Positions 18,791 through 27,934 of a DNA stretch of 64,000 bases are shown here, piece by piece. Within the stretch, counting starts at the first letter, position 1. The number at the start of each line of letters is the position of its first letter. Source of the stretch: a virus; the IMG/VR virus record IMGVR_UViG_3300026257_000002, positions 32,001 to 96,000 of that record, one strand, 5' to 3'. A model generated the notes under the pieces. That model saw nothing but the letters and a program-made list of their open reading frames with translations. It was not told where the DNA came from and ran no database searches. Made by a program: the position numbers and the translations under genes.

Positions 18791-18979
18791 TTACTTATCC
18801 TCATTTCTCATATCATCATGCAACCTATCAGTAGCATCTTTTTTCATTTGTTCTTCTAATTTAGACTTAGAAGCTTTTATACCAGCAAGTCTTACCTCTA
18901 AAGATTCTTCCCATAAATTAAGCATCTTAAGTCTCCATTTTTTATGATCTTCTATACTCATTCTTTTACTGCAAATCAT
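18791..18979 (-). CDS. Small coiled-coil hypothetical protein
   Basis: 62 aa with GAGG SD; TCTAAATA at 19007-19014 upstream. Confidence 0.65.
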   Translation of the reverse strand: MICSKRMSIEDHKKWRLKMLNLWEESLEVRLAGIKASKSKLEEQMKKDATDRLHDDMRNEDK

Positions 18980-19015
18980 TTATTTTTAAACGCAGGTCTC
19001 CTCAAATATTTAGAT

Positions 19016-19040
19016 AAAAAAAAGACCCCTTATGGGGTCT
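19016..19040 (-). terminator. Intrinsic terminator
   Basis: AGACCCC-ATAA-GGGGTCT then T8. Confidence 0.85.
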
Positions 19041-19050
19041 GTTGTATTTT

Positions 19051-19218
19051 TTAGTCTAAAATTGTCCTGCAAACACGTTTACATGGTCCTTGTTTTAATG
19101 AATCGCATTCAATCAAACATTCATAATAATCATTTAATTTTTGATATTCTATTTCCGCTTGTTCTTTTTCAAAATGTTGCCATTCGGATAATTGACCTCT
19201 CGATAATAGGTTATGCAT
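19051..19218 (-). CDS. Small protein with a twin CX3C motif
   Basis: Likely start MHNLLS (GAGG SD); C-terminus YYECLIECDSLKQGPCKRVCR. Confidence 0.7.
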   Translation of the reverse strand: MHNLLSRGQLSEWQHFEKEQAEIEYQKLNDYYECLIECDSLKQGPCKRVCRTILD

Positions 19219-19361
19219 AACATCCTCGATAGATTTTTGCAAACTTCATGACAATGGAATAAGGTTCATGGTACTTCCTAATTCTATTACTATGTATGGA
19301 AATACGCACAAAATTTCAGTAGAATTTTAACAAAAAGAAATGCCTACGAGTTTATACTCAT

Positions 19362-19388
19362 AAAAAAAAGACCCCCTGAGGGGTCTTT
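19362..19388 (-). terminator. Intrinsic terminator after g23
   Basis: AAAGACCCC-TCAG-GGGGTCTTT followed by a T-run. Confidence 0.9.
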
Positions 19389-19409
19389 ATAAACCTGTGT
19401 GAGGTTATA

Positions 19410-20762
19410 TCACATGAGGTTGGTAACACGTACACGTCTGTAGTAAACGTTGGTGTTGACATTACCAGCAGCAACTGGATCGGAATCTGAAAGAGCAGTC
19501 TCGCCCTTAGAGAAGGGATTAAGAACCATGCCGTAGCGTGTCTTAAATCCGATTTTGGGCTGGAAGGTGTCAGGACCAATTGCACGAACCATCTGGAGAG
19601 GAACGTAAGGGCAATAGAACAGACCAGCATCATATGCTGATGTACCTTTATAACCAGCGATAAAGAACTGAGCAGCGTTAGCGCCCTCAGAAGGAAGTGC
19701 TGAATAAGGATCGATGTAAACGCGAATGCGACCGTTTAGCGTACCAACGAAGGTGCTGCCGGTGTCATCAACGTTAAGACCAGTATTAAGAGCAGGGTTG
19801 TAGTCAAGGACTCCAGCCATTGACAGAGCAGAAGCAACATCTGAAGAACAGATGAGCATGTTGCCCTTCCCTCTACGAGTCTCTTTCGCGATGGCGTTCA
19901 TTTCACGCTCAATTTGGAAGAGAAGACCCTTGAACTTCTCAACACTCCAACGTCCATTGGAGTCAACGTCGAGGTCGAAGGTTCCTTGTGATGCGGTGTT
20001 CTGCTGAGCACCAGGCTTGGCGGAACGGAAGACTGTGCGAACGACTTCTCTGTTGATTTCCGTAAGGATCTCAGCAGAAAGGATGTTAGCAAGTTCAGTC
20101 TCAGCGTCAAGACCGTGGATTGCCTTCAGGTCTTGGGCGAGTTCAATGCTGTACTCAGCTTTCAGAGCGCGGCTCTTAGCGGTAACAGCAATCTTCTCAA
20201 TGCTGAATGCCATTTCTGGGAATACGCTAGCAGCGGCTTCGCCAAGTGCTTCAGCAGTGGTTGTTGCCATTCCACCAGAAGAAGCATAAGTACCACTGTC
20301 GTTAAGAACAGCAGGGTTAGTTCCGCCTGGTGCAGTACCACCAGCAGAGTTGGTGGAGTTGTATCCAGTACCAGACCATGCCTGGTTGACTTCGTTGTAG
20401 AATGTCTCGTCGCCAGTCTGTGACTCGTAACGTGAGCGCATTGCGAAGATAAGTCCAGTAGGACCGTTCATGGGTTGAACGCCACAAATATCATAGGCGA
20501 TCAGGTTAGGCATTGAACGACGGATCAATGAGATCAGTACGGGGTCAAAACCTGCTACATTTCCACTTCCTGTGGTAGGTGAATTGATAGGACCAGCGTT
20601 TGTAGGCGCTTCGGTCAACATTCTCTCCTCACGGAGGAATTTTTCTTGGTTCTCCAGTAATTGTGAAGTAACGGCTTTCTTGTAACTATCTTTGATCTCA
20701 GGGAGATCGCCATGAGACAGAACAGGTGCCCACTTCTCTTGGAGTTGTTCGGTATTGAACAT
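19410..20762 (-). CDS. g23: Major capsid protein gp23
   Basis: FDPVLISLIRRSMPNL, QPMNGPTGLIFAMR, YCPYVPL, FQPKIGFKTRYG. Confidence 0.99.
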   Translation of the reverse strand: MFNTEQLQEKWAPVLSHGDLPEIKDSYKKAVTSQLLENQEKFLREERMLTEAPTNAGPINSPTTGSGNVAGFDPVLISLIRRSMPNLIAYDICGVQPMNGPTGLIFAMRSRYESQTGDETFYNEVNQAWSGTGYNSTNSAGGTAPGGTNPAVLNDSGTYASSGGMATTTAEALGEAAASVFPEMAFSIEKIAVTAKSRALKAEYSIELAQDLKAIHGLDAETELANILSAEILTEINREVVRTVFRSAKPGAQQNTASQGTFDLDVDSNGRWSVEKFKGLLFQIEREMNAIAKETRRGKGNMLICSSDVASALSMAGVLDYNPALNTGLNVDDTGSTFVGTLNGRIRVYIDPYSALPSEGANAAQFFIAGYKGTSAYDAGLFYCPYVPLQMVRAIGPDTFQPKIGFKTRYGMVLNPFSKGETALSDSDPVAAGNVNTNVYYRRVRVTNLM

Positions 20763-20802
20763 TAGGTGCTCCTAAAAGTTTTGTTAGTTGTGAACTATAA
20801 TT

Positions 20803-20810
20803 TATTTATA
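20803..20810 (-). promoter_or_regulatory. Late promoter TATAAATA for g23
   Basis: Exact consensus. Confidence 0.85.
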
Positions 20811-20821
20811 ATATAATTAAA

Positions 20822-21940
20822 TCACTTGCTATAACGAGCGATTGCGTTTACATAAGAAGCCATGTGAGCAGGAACTTCCTTCTCAACAACGGGCTCAGAT
20901 TCTTCTACGCTTTCGTTGACTTGAGCCTTGGGGAAATAGTTTTCCTTAATGGTCTCAATCTTGTCACGATATGTTTCCTCAGCAGTAAACTCTACACCCT
21001 CAGCAAGTGAGGAGAGTTTTTCTTTCTGAGTATCTGCTAAACCTTGGGATACTTCTACAACGATAGATTCTTTTACGAATTCTCCCAGAGCAGAGTTTAA
21101 TTCCACATTTTTTTCAATTTGTTCGTTGAGTTTTGTCTCCATCTCATCTAGTTTGTTAGTCATCCCCTCAACCATATTGTACTTCTCTTCAGGGATTTCC
21201 ATGTAGTGTTCATTGAACACACCCTTCAGAGCAGACATAAATGACTCAGCAATTTCGGTACGAATACCTTCATCAATTGCGAGTTTGTTATCGTTAATCC
21301 ATTGCTCTACAATATAATTCAAGAATGAGTCAACCTTAGTGGTCATCTCTTCCTTGATCACGTCAATTTGCTCATTTAACTGAGCAGCATACTTTTCTTC
21401 TAAACGTGTTGTTTCTTCTGTAATTTTAGAATTAACAGCAGCAGTGAAAATTGTTGTTGCCTTTTCTTTGAAACCTTCAGAAAGTTCTTCGCCATTGACA
21501 AGAGCGTCAATGTCAGCAGAAACATCAACTGTTTCTAGAACTTCTTTAGTTTCATCGACAGCCTCTTCTTTCTTAAGGGAAGGCTTTGCGTCTCCACCAC
21601 CACGACTGACACTCTTGCCAGACATATCCTTACCGCCTTCTAATTTAGGCATAGGATCTTGCTTGCCTTCGCCCGAGTTAACTGCAGTCTTAGACTTTTT
21701 AACTGGAGCAGCAGCCTTAGCACCAGAATTTTCAAATTTACCTGCATGACCTTCGGAAGATCCGGCAGCCATTGGTTCTACATTAGCAACTGCAACTTCA
21801 GCGCCTGATGCACTAGGAAGATTTGAACTTTCTGCTGGAGCTGCGCCAGCAGTTACAGCATTCTTCATTTCTGTAACGGTATCAGCATCAAAATTTTCTG
21901 ATGCGAAATCCTCAAATTTCTCGTTTAACGAATTAGCCAT
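20822..21940 (-). CDS. g22: Prohead core scaffold gp22
   Basis: Acidic coiled coil, FKEKATTIFTAAV, YIVEQW; position between g21 and g23; AATAAATA at 21982-21989. Confidence 0.92.
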   Translation of the reverse strand: MANSLNEKFEDFASENFDADTVTEMKNAVTAGAAPAESSNLPSASGAEVAVANVEPMAAGSSEGHAGKFENSGAKAAAPVKKSKTAVNSGEGKQDPMPKLEGGKDMSGKSVSRGGGDAKPSLKKEEAVDETKEVLETVDVSADIDALVNGEELSEGFKEKATTIFTAAVNSKITEETTRLEEKYAAQLNEQIDVIKEEMTTKVDSFLNYIVEQWINDNKLAIDEGIRTEIAESFMSALKGVFNEHYMEIPEEKYNMVEGMTNKLDEMETKLNEQIEKNVELNSALGEFVKESIVVEVSQGLADTQKEKLSSLAEGVEFTAEETYRDKIETIKENYFPKAQVNESVEESEPVVEKEVPAHMASYVNAIARYSK

Positions 21941-21993
21941 TTAAAATAACCCCGTATGGATACTTTTGATTTTCTATAACTTATTTATTAAAA

Positions 21994-22638
21994 TTACAAG
22001 TTAGAAAGCAGTCTTTCAAACCCCTCAAGGATTTTACCCTCAAGTTGATTGCGAGATACACTATCTAACTCTTCTTTAATTTTTTGAACCTCTGCTTCTT
22101 TAAATGCTCCGTTATTCCAAACCCACTCTTTTCCTTCCATAATTCCGTCAACAAAAGCGTCGGGAGCAGAAGGATCTGCTACGATATCGGCAGCAGTAGT
22201 AAGCATGAAATCATCACGGACATAGTTAGAACCATCTTTCGGTTCCAAACTACCTACACCTCTAGAAGAAACTCCAAGTTGTACACCTTCACGAAGAAGG
22301 TTTTTTGCAATCTGACCCATAGGGGTTTCAAGCAGTTTTGCCTTACCAATATAATTTGAACCATCTTGGTAAAGTTCCACAATCTTATGTGAAACACGAT
22401 CAAGGTTGATGGTAGGACCATCAGGATGACCTAGTTCACCGAGAGCACGGGACTTCTGTACAAAATTTTCATTGTAATTAGTTACTTCGCGCTGAAGAAT
22501 AGGCATGGGATATACACGACCATTACGATTTTTTAGATCGCCCTGGAGAAATACTCCCTGAATGTATGTATATTCTTTTCCGTCCTTCTCTTCAGTGAGG
22601 AGTTCAATATCCTCAATGTGCTCTACGATAAGTTTCAT
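21994..22638 (-). CDS. g21: Prohead protease gp21
   Basis: NRNGRVYP, ALGELGHP, GVSSRG, DIVADPSAPDAFV. Confidence 0.97.
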   Translation of the reverse strand: MKLIVEHIEDIELLTEEKDGKEYTYIQGVFLQGDLKNRNGRVYPMPILQREVTNYNENFVQKSRALGELGHPDGPTINLDRVSHKIVELYQDGSNYIGKAKLLETPMGQIAKNLLREGVQLGVSSRGVGSLEPKDGSNYVRDDFMLTTAADIVADPSAPDAFVDGIMEGKEWVWNNGAFKEAEVQKIKEELDSVSRNQLEGKILEGFERLLSNL

Positions 22639-22877
22639 GGTTCTTCTGTGGGTTCGGGTTCTGTGGTAGGTTCTTCAGCAGATGCTTCTACTTCAGGAAC
22701 TTCAGACTCAACTTCAGGTTCTTCTTCAGTTGGGTTCATTAGTTGAGTGGAATACTCTTTTTTATAAGTATCCAATGCTTCAGATGCCTTGGCATAAAGC
22801 ACATCAATCACTTCATCAGATGCAACGGAGTTTTCTCCATTAACAATTTGATCAATCAATTCTTTAGTTACACTCAT
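22635..22877 (-). CDS. Small acidic prohead core protein (gp67/gp68-like)
   Basis: 80 aa, acidic, between g20 and g21; ACTAAATA at 22903-22910. Confidence 0.65.
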   Translation of the reverse strand: MSVTKELIDQIVNGENSVASDEVIDVLYAKASEALDTYKKEYSTQLMNPTEEEPEVESEVPEVEASAEEPTTEPEPTEEP

Positions 22878-22905
22878 AATAGTAAATATAATATTATAAT
22901 ATTAT

Positions 22906-24537
22906 TTAGTTTTCAACGTCTTTAGAAGTTTGTGCCTTCATAGGAGGTTTAGTTGATGTAGCAACTGGACCTCCTGCTGGTGGAACTGGAGCATTGGGAT
23001 CTTCCACTGGCATGACTGGAATATCCATGAGTTCACCAGATTTTTTCTCTGCTTCAATTTGCTTGCGGAGTTCTTCAATTTCAGATTCTTTTTGTTGTAA
23101 AATCTGACGTTTGACATAATCATTAGAGTAGTAAACACCCATGAAAGGTTGCATTCTTTCTACGAGGGTTAATCTTTCACCAATCATTTCAATGTCTTTA
23201 AGTTCAGTGAAATGGTTATCGAACAGGAAGTCATATTGAATATGCTGTTCCATCATCTCCCAATCATCTGTGGTGATAACACCTTTCAGAATGAGTTGGG
23301 TCTTCAACATATCATTGAAAAGATGTGCAAATTCTTTACGCAACCTTCCAACAAATTTTATAAACTTAAGTTCATCACGCAGGATCTCATTAGAACGTCC
23401 TAAACTAAATCCCTTTTCCTCGCCCACGCGAGATGGTGGGAGATTAAGCGATTTGTAGAGTTTCTTCAGGAAGTATTCAACGTCCTTCAGTTCTCCAAGG
23501 TTTTGAGCACCAGGAAGTGTGGTAATCTCTGTTCCTCTACCACCTTCGCGACGAGGTAACCAGAAATCTTCCAGCATACTCATGAATTTCTTATCATCAC
23601 GAATCTCACCAGTGCTGGCATCATATACCAGTTTATTTCTATAGCGAGACATAACCTCTCTAAGGTATTGCTCTGCCTTAACTTTTGGAAGATTGCCAAC
23701 ATCAATATAGAAAATTCTACGCTCTGGTGCGCGTGACATTCTGTAGATAACCAAAGAATCTTCAATCATTCTCAGTTGGTTAACTGCCTTCAATGCCTTA
23801 TGAAGATATGATAAAGGAAGATTATTATTCAGATCAAGCAAACCTGACGACACAAATGTAATTGCATCAGGAGAAATTTTTACGCCTAACTGATCGTTAC
23901 CTGCAATTGAAACAGTTGCTTTACTATTAAATACACCCTTGGGGTTATACAAATAGTATTCAGTAATATTTCCATAATCAACTTTTCCATTACTATCTGT
24001 AGCAGGCTTATCTTTCTTTTTAACCTCACGCATTTTTTTGATCTTTAGTGGATCAATATAGCGAAGTTCTTTAATGCCCTCAGTGGGTTTGTTTATATCA
24101 ATTACCTTATGATAATAAAGTCTGCCATCAATGTACCAACGCCTGAAAATGTGGTAGCATTTTTTGTCAAACTTAATTAGTCTTTTAAGTTCAGCAAATT
24201 CTTCTCGAATTCTCTTCTTGATTGAGTCACTTACTTCAAGATTAGAGAGTTCAATTTCTACTGGTGAATCATCACCATCAGCAACGATTGCTTCGTTGAC
24301 TACTTCATCAATCGCAGAATCTACTTCTGGATGTAATGATACCTCGCGATATTTTCTGATCTGCTCAAATTCATTTTTTGAGATGCCTTCAATATCGACA
24401 TATTGACCGTAATAACCTCCAGCAGAGATTGTTACGGTCCCATCATCGTTATTGGGAGCAACAGGAGATAATAACCCCTGCTGCTTCTTTTTCTTTTGAT
24501 TATCTTTGTCTAAAGAAAATCCGAATAACTCCGCCAT
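22906..24537 (-). CDS. g20: Portal protein gp20
   Basis: YRMSRAPERRIFYIDVGNLPK, EDFWLPRREGGRGTEI; GATAAATA at 24567-24574. Confidence 0.98.
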   Translation of the reverse strand: MAELFGFSLDKDNQKKKKQQGLLSPVAPNNDDGTVTISAGGYYGQYVDIEGISKNEFEQIRKYREVSLHPEVDSAIDEVVNEAIVADGDDSPVEIELSNLEVSDSIKKRIREEFAELKRLIKFDKKCYHIFRRWYIDGRLYYHKVIDINKPTEGIKELRYIDPLKIKKMREVKKKDKPATDSNGKVDYGNITEYYLYNPKGVFNSKATVSIAGNDQLGVKISPDAITFVSSGLLDLNNNLPLSYLHKALKAVNQLRMIEDSLVIYRMSRAPERRIFYIDVGNLPKVKAEQYLREVMSRYRNKLVYDASTGEIRDDKKFMSMLEDFWLPRREGGRGTEITTLPGAQNLGELKDVEYFLKKLYKSLNLPPSRVGEEKGFSLGRSNEILRDELKFIKFVGRLRKEFAHLFNDMLKTQLILKGVITTDDWEMMEQHIQYDFLFDNHFTELKDIEMIGERLTLVERMQPFMGVYYSNDYVKRQILQQKESEIEELRKQIEAEKKSGELMDIPVMPVEDPNAPVPPAGGPVATSTKPPMKAQTSKDVEN

Positions 24538-24572
24538 TGTATAAATGAACTACGTTTTACTGTAGTTATTTA

Positions 24573-25160
24573 TCACGTAATTGAACTTGCCCCTACGTCA
24601 TCAGTTTCCCACCAGTCATACTGGAATTCAACTGTATATTCAGCAACAGTATTATTATTGTCATATGACAAGTCAATCTGAGCGATATTGCTTGGGAAAG
24701 CGTTGTTGAACTTGTATGATCTTACGACGTTATGAGGATCATTAGGATCATCTCCAGAAGAAGTTCCTCTACCAAGTTGATCAACTTGTAAAGTAGAAGC
24801 GAATTCTGAAGTATATCCAGCACCGTCGTCATGCTTATTCAGACGATCCATCCACTTCTCAAAGTATCCTCTGAGTGTCATATCTTCGTCTGCCATTACG
24901 GTAACAGTCCATGATTCAAACGTCCTGTCTCCAGGAAGTTTGATAACTCTACCTCTGAAAGGAACTTCTACAGTTCCAACACTGCTGGCAGGGATACCAG
25001 CAGAACGACATAGGAATGAAAATTTGCCATCACCAGCTTTTACGTCTGAAGCATTATCAATAGAATTGATGTTTGCCTCAAGCTCTACTACGCTTACGCG
25101 GAATAGATTAGGACGAAGACCGTAACCAATTTTTCCTTTGAATGCAGTTAAGTTTGCCAT
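24573..25160 (-). CDS. g19: Tail tube protein gp19
   Basis: RPNLFRV, VPFRGR...PGDRTF, EYTVEFQYDWW; AATAAATA at 25183-25190. Confidence 0.95.
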   Translation of the reverse strand: MANLTAFKGKIGYGLRPNLFRVSVVELEANINSIDNASDVKAGDGKFSFLCRSAGIPASSVGTVEVPFRGRVIKLPGDRTFESWTVTVMADEDMTLRGYFEKWMDRLNKHDDGAGYTSEFASTLQVDQLGRGTSSGDDPNDPHNVVRSYKFNNAFPSNIAQIDLSYDNNNTVAEYTVEFQYDWWETDDVGASSIT

Positions 25161-25195
25161 TGTTTGATTATCTCCTTATTTGTATTTATTGTTAA

Positions 25196-27166
25196 TCAAA
25201 CTCTACCAACTACTTCATCAAAACTAACACCAGTGCGGGTAGCAACAAATGTTAGAGTGATGTAGTTGATTGATCTTGAAGGCTTGATATAGATGTCAGC
25301 GACAAATTCATTTCTATCGATAACGTCAGGAGTGTTATTTGACTCATCAGCAACTACGAGGAAATCAGTCATGCCTCTTCTCGACTGAATGTCACGCATG
25401 TAGTTGTTTACTTGCGTAGCAAAGTTATTGCGAGTAGTTACATCATTTAACTCAAAGAGTACACTCTTAGAGAAGTCTTTGATTGTTCTCTCAAGAATGA
25501 GGAACAAACGACGGACATTAACGCGGTCGAAAGCAGAAGGACTGCGAAGAGCAGTTTTATCTCCATAAAGAACAATACCCTGACCAGGGAATGAAACGAT
25601 TGGATTTACACGCTTTCCATAAAGTTCATCTCTTTGTGCTTGATTAGGATTGTAAGCAATCTTAATAGCATTTCTTAAGTTACCTCTGTTAAAACCGGCA
25701 GGTGAGAACCATGCTTCGGCAGTTTCTGAAGCATTTACACAAAGACCAGCAACATCAGCATCGCAGGGGATCCAACGATATGAATCATTAAATCTGTCGT
25801 AGATATACTTATAGTTGTTAGCGAAAACAGCGTATGAAGAACTATCACTGATTGATTCAAAGAAATCTACAACGTTTGCTGTCTGAGTAGCAGCAGTAGC
25901 AGCACCAGATCCAATAACATCAGATTTTTGTGGTGAAACAATAGTAATACAATCTTTTCTAGTATTCGACAGATTGATTAAAGAATTTGCTTTAGCAAGA
26001 CTTGAAGGACCGGTGAGAATGTAATCAATCAACATGGTCTCAGTGTCGGAGAAGACATCGAGATATGTTTGAGTTTCGTTTCCTACATTGTAATTCTGAT
26101 AGTCAGTACCAGCAGACAATGTATAAGACTTAGGTCCATAAAGGTTGAAGTCGCTTGCTGGAGTAGCAGCATCAGACATATCTACACCACTTATCGCTCC
26201 ACTATCAGCATCTTCGTAAGCAGTTACATAGATATAATTTGAACGACCTTTGATAACGTCCTTGAAGAAGTTACCTTCCCCTTCTGTAGTCTTAGCACCA
26301 GGTGCTTTTGATACAAAAAGAATTTTTTCAATAATTGTATTTGATGTTCCGGTAACACCACCAGTTGCATCAATAACTGCGAAATGAATTTCATCATTAG
26401 CACCACCTCTCGCAGCAGCGTAAGGTGAAGTGCCGGGTCGAGGTGCAATTGCACTCCACTTAATTCCTGATCCTGATCCAGTTTCTGCAAGTGTTTGCTC
26501 ATCATACCAACCTGTTACTGATTGAACAGTTAGATCAGCACTTGCAGCACCAGCACCAGAAATGATGTCGTCCTTAGCGATTAAAGATTGTCCTGCGTCT
26601 AGAACAACTGCGATTGTTAAACCATTAGTAGAGATGGAATAAACATGACCTGTGTTTCCACCGACATCGATTGCAGCACCTACAGTAGGAGCAGTGTCGT
26701 GTTCAGCATCGAGTGTAATAATTTGATCCGCACCAGCATCAATTGATACAACCTGCAGTGCATTACCCCATGTTCCAGGAGTTTTGGCAGCAAATTTATA
26801 AGCTTGTGAACTCCCTTCAAAATTAGCTTCGTAGTCACCTAAGTTATCAATATTTACCGATGTTGTGCCATTGGAATTAGCATTAGTTAAATTTCCAGCA
26901 ACAGCACTAGAAATTCTTGCTGCTTGAAGATTGCCACCGTAGTTAAGAAACTCGGAAGCAGTAAACCAAAATTCGTAGTTGTCTGCGGTTGGCTTACCGA
27001 AAGTTGAAACGAGTTCTTTCTCGTTCGTAATTAATTTTGCAACGCCTACTTCGCCTTTCATGAAAGGACCAGCAATAGCGCCGATATTGGTAGTTGTTTC
27101 TTGGAGACGTGAATTAGTAAAATCGCGCTCCTGAACAAGAATACCTGGCGATGATTGAGATGCCAT
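25196..27166 (-). CDS. g18: Tail sheath protein gp18
   Basis: SPGILVQERD, WFSPAGFNRG, DRVNVRRLF, YIKPSRSINYITLTF; CATAAATA at 27202-27209. Confidence 0.98.
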   Translation of the reverse strand: MASQSSPGILVQERDFTNSRLQETTTNIGAIAGPFMKGEVGVAKLITNEKELVSTFGKPTADNYEFWFTASEFLNYGGNLQAARISSAVAGNLTNANSNGTTSVNIDNLGDYEANFEGSSQAYKFAAKTPGTWGNALQVVSIDAGADQIITLDAEHDTAPTVGAAIDVGGNTGHVYSISTNGLTIAVVLDAGQSLIAKDDIISGAGAASADLTVQSVTGWYDEQTLAETGSGSGIKWSAIAPRPGTSPYAAARGGANDEIHFAVIDATGGVTGTSNTIIEKILFVSKAPGAKTTEGEGNFFKDVIKGRSNYIYVTAYEDADSGAISGVDMSDAATPASDFNLYGPKSYTLSAGTDYQNYNVGNETQTYLDVFSDTETMLIDYILTGPSSLAKANSLINLSNTRKDCITIVSPQKSDVIGSGAATAATQTANVVDFFESISDSSSYAVFANNYKYIYDRFNDSYRWIPCDADVAGLCVNASETAEAWFSPAGFNRGNLRNAIKIAYNPNQAQRDELYGKRVNPIVSFPGQGIVLYGDKTALRSPSAFDRVNVRRLFLILERTIKDFSKSVLFELNDVTTRNNFATQVNNYMRDIQSRRGMTDFLVVADESNNTPDVIDRNEFVADIYIKPSRSINYITLTFVATRTGVSFDEVVGRV

Positions 27167-27245
27167 CTTTTACCTCTAAAGTTCAGATTTTATTCTGTGA
27201 TTATTTATGAAATCCTATGTTTCAACCGGGGAAACAATGCATGAA

Positions 27246-27473
27246 CTACCAGTCAGGGTAACCTTCTTCAGTAAAACGAGATTTCTTTTTTCTAGTCTCT
27301 ACAACTCTTTTAACCGTGCAGTCTTTACATTCGTAAGAATATGCTGATAATGTTGATCTACTTTTCCTAGTTCTGTAAAAATCTGTAAGTAGGTCTTTGA
27401 CTTTATTGCAAGATCTACATCTCCTTTCTTTGAAAAGAAGATGCTCTAATTGAAATTCCTCTTCAAAGTCCAT
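27246..27473 (-). CDS. Small zinc-ribbon protein (CxxC...CxxC)
   Basis: CRSCNKVK...YECKDC. Confidence 0.7.
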   Translation of the reverse strand: MDFEEEFQLEHLLFKERRCRSCNKVKDLLTDFYRTRKSRSTLSAYSYECKDCTVKRVVETRKKKSRFTEEGYPDW

Positions 27474-27934
27474 TATTTTAAACGTTCAAATTCAAATAAT
27501 CCTTCACCCGGTTTTGTTCCCCAAACAAAGTTTCCTGTATCAACATCATACCCTGTATCAATAGAACGGTATGAAACTCCATTGAATTGTATAAAGGATT
27601 CAACTCTTGTTTTGTTTATGATACATTCATCCTTAATTAAACCTGTCCACCAATCATCATTATATTTCCATTCTAAAATGCAACTAGGTTTTCCAGTTTT
27701 TTGATTGACGGGGTGAGTGATTACAGTAACATCATCAATATATTCATATGTAATATGATAATGACGATATGAATCATTTTCAGTTTGATAATTATACCAT
27801 TGCTTTAACTCTAATATATTATCATCTAGTTTAGTATATAAAATATTAATTTGAGGCCATCTACTAGGATTTTCAAATGCCTGCATCCTATTAAGATAAT
27901 GCCCAGCAATCATTTCACCGAAGCAATTACTCAT
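27473..27934 (-). CDS. cpeT: T-type phycobiliprotein lyase (CpeT/CpcT family), auxiliary metabolic gene
   Basis: GHYLNRMQAFENPSRWP, QWYNYQ...YRHY, YRSIDTGYD...VWG...FEF match the family pattern. Confidence 0.85.
   Translation of the reverse strand: MSNCFGEMIAGHYLNRMQAFENPSRWPQINILYTKLDDNILELKQWYNYQTENDSYRHYHITYEYIDDVTVITHPVNQKTGKPSCILEWKYNDDWWTGLIKDECIINKTRVESFIQFNGVSYRSIDTGYDVDTGNFVWGTKPGEGLFEFERLK

Noticed and set aside
19294-19305. NtcA box upstream of the CX3C gene
   Set aside because: The spacing is GTA-N6-TAC, not the GTA-N8-TAC consensus; kept only as an unexplained inverted repeat.
22888-22905. AT-only palindrome ATAATATTATAATATTAT
   Set aside because: Low-complexity AT sequence next to a late promoter; expected by chance and no further copies noticed.
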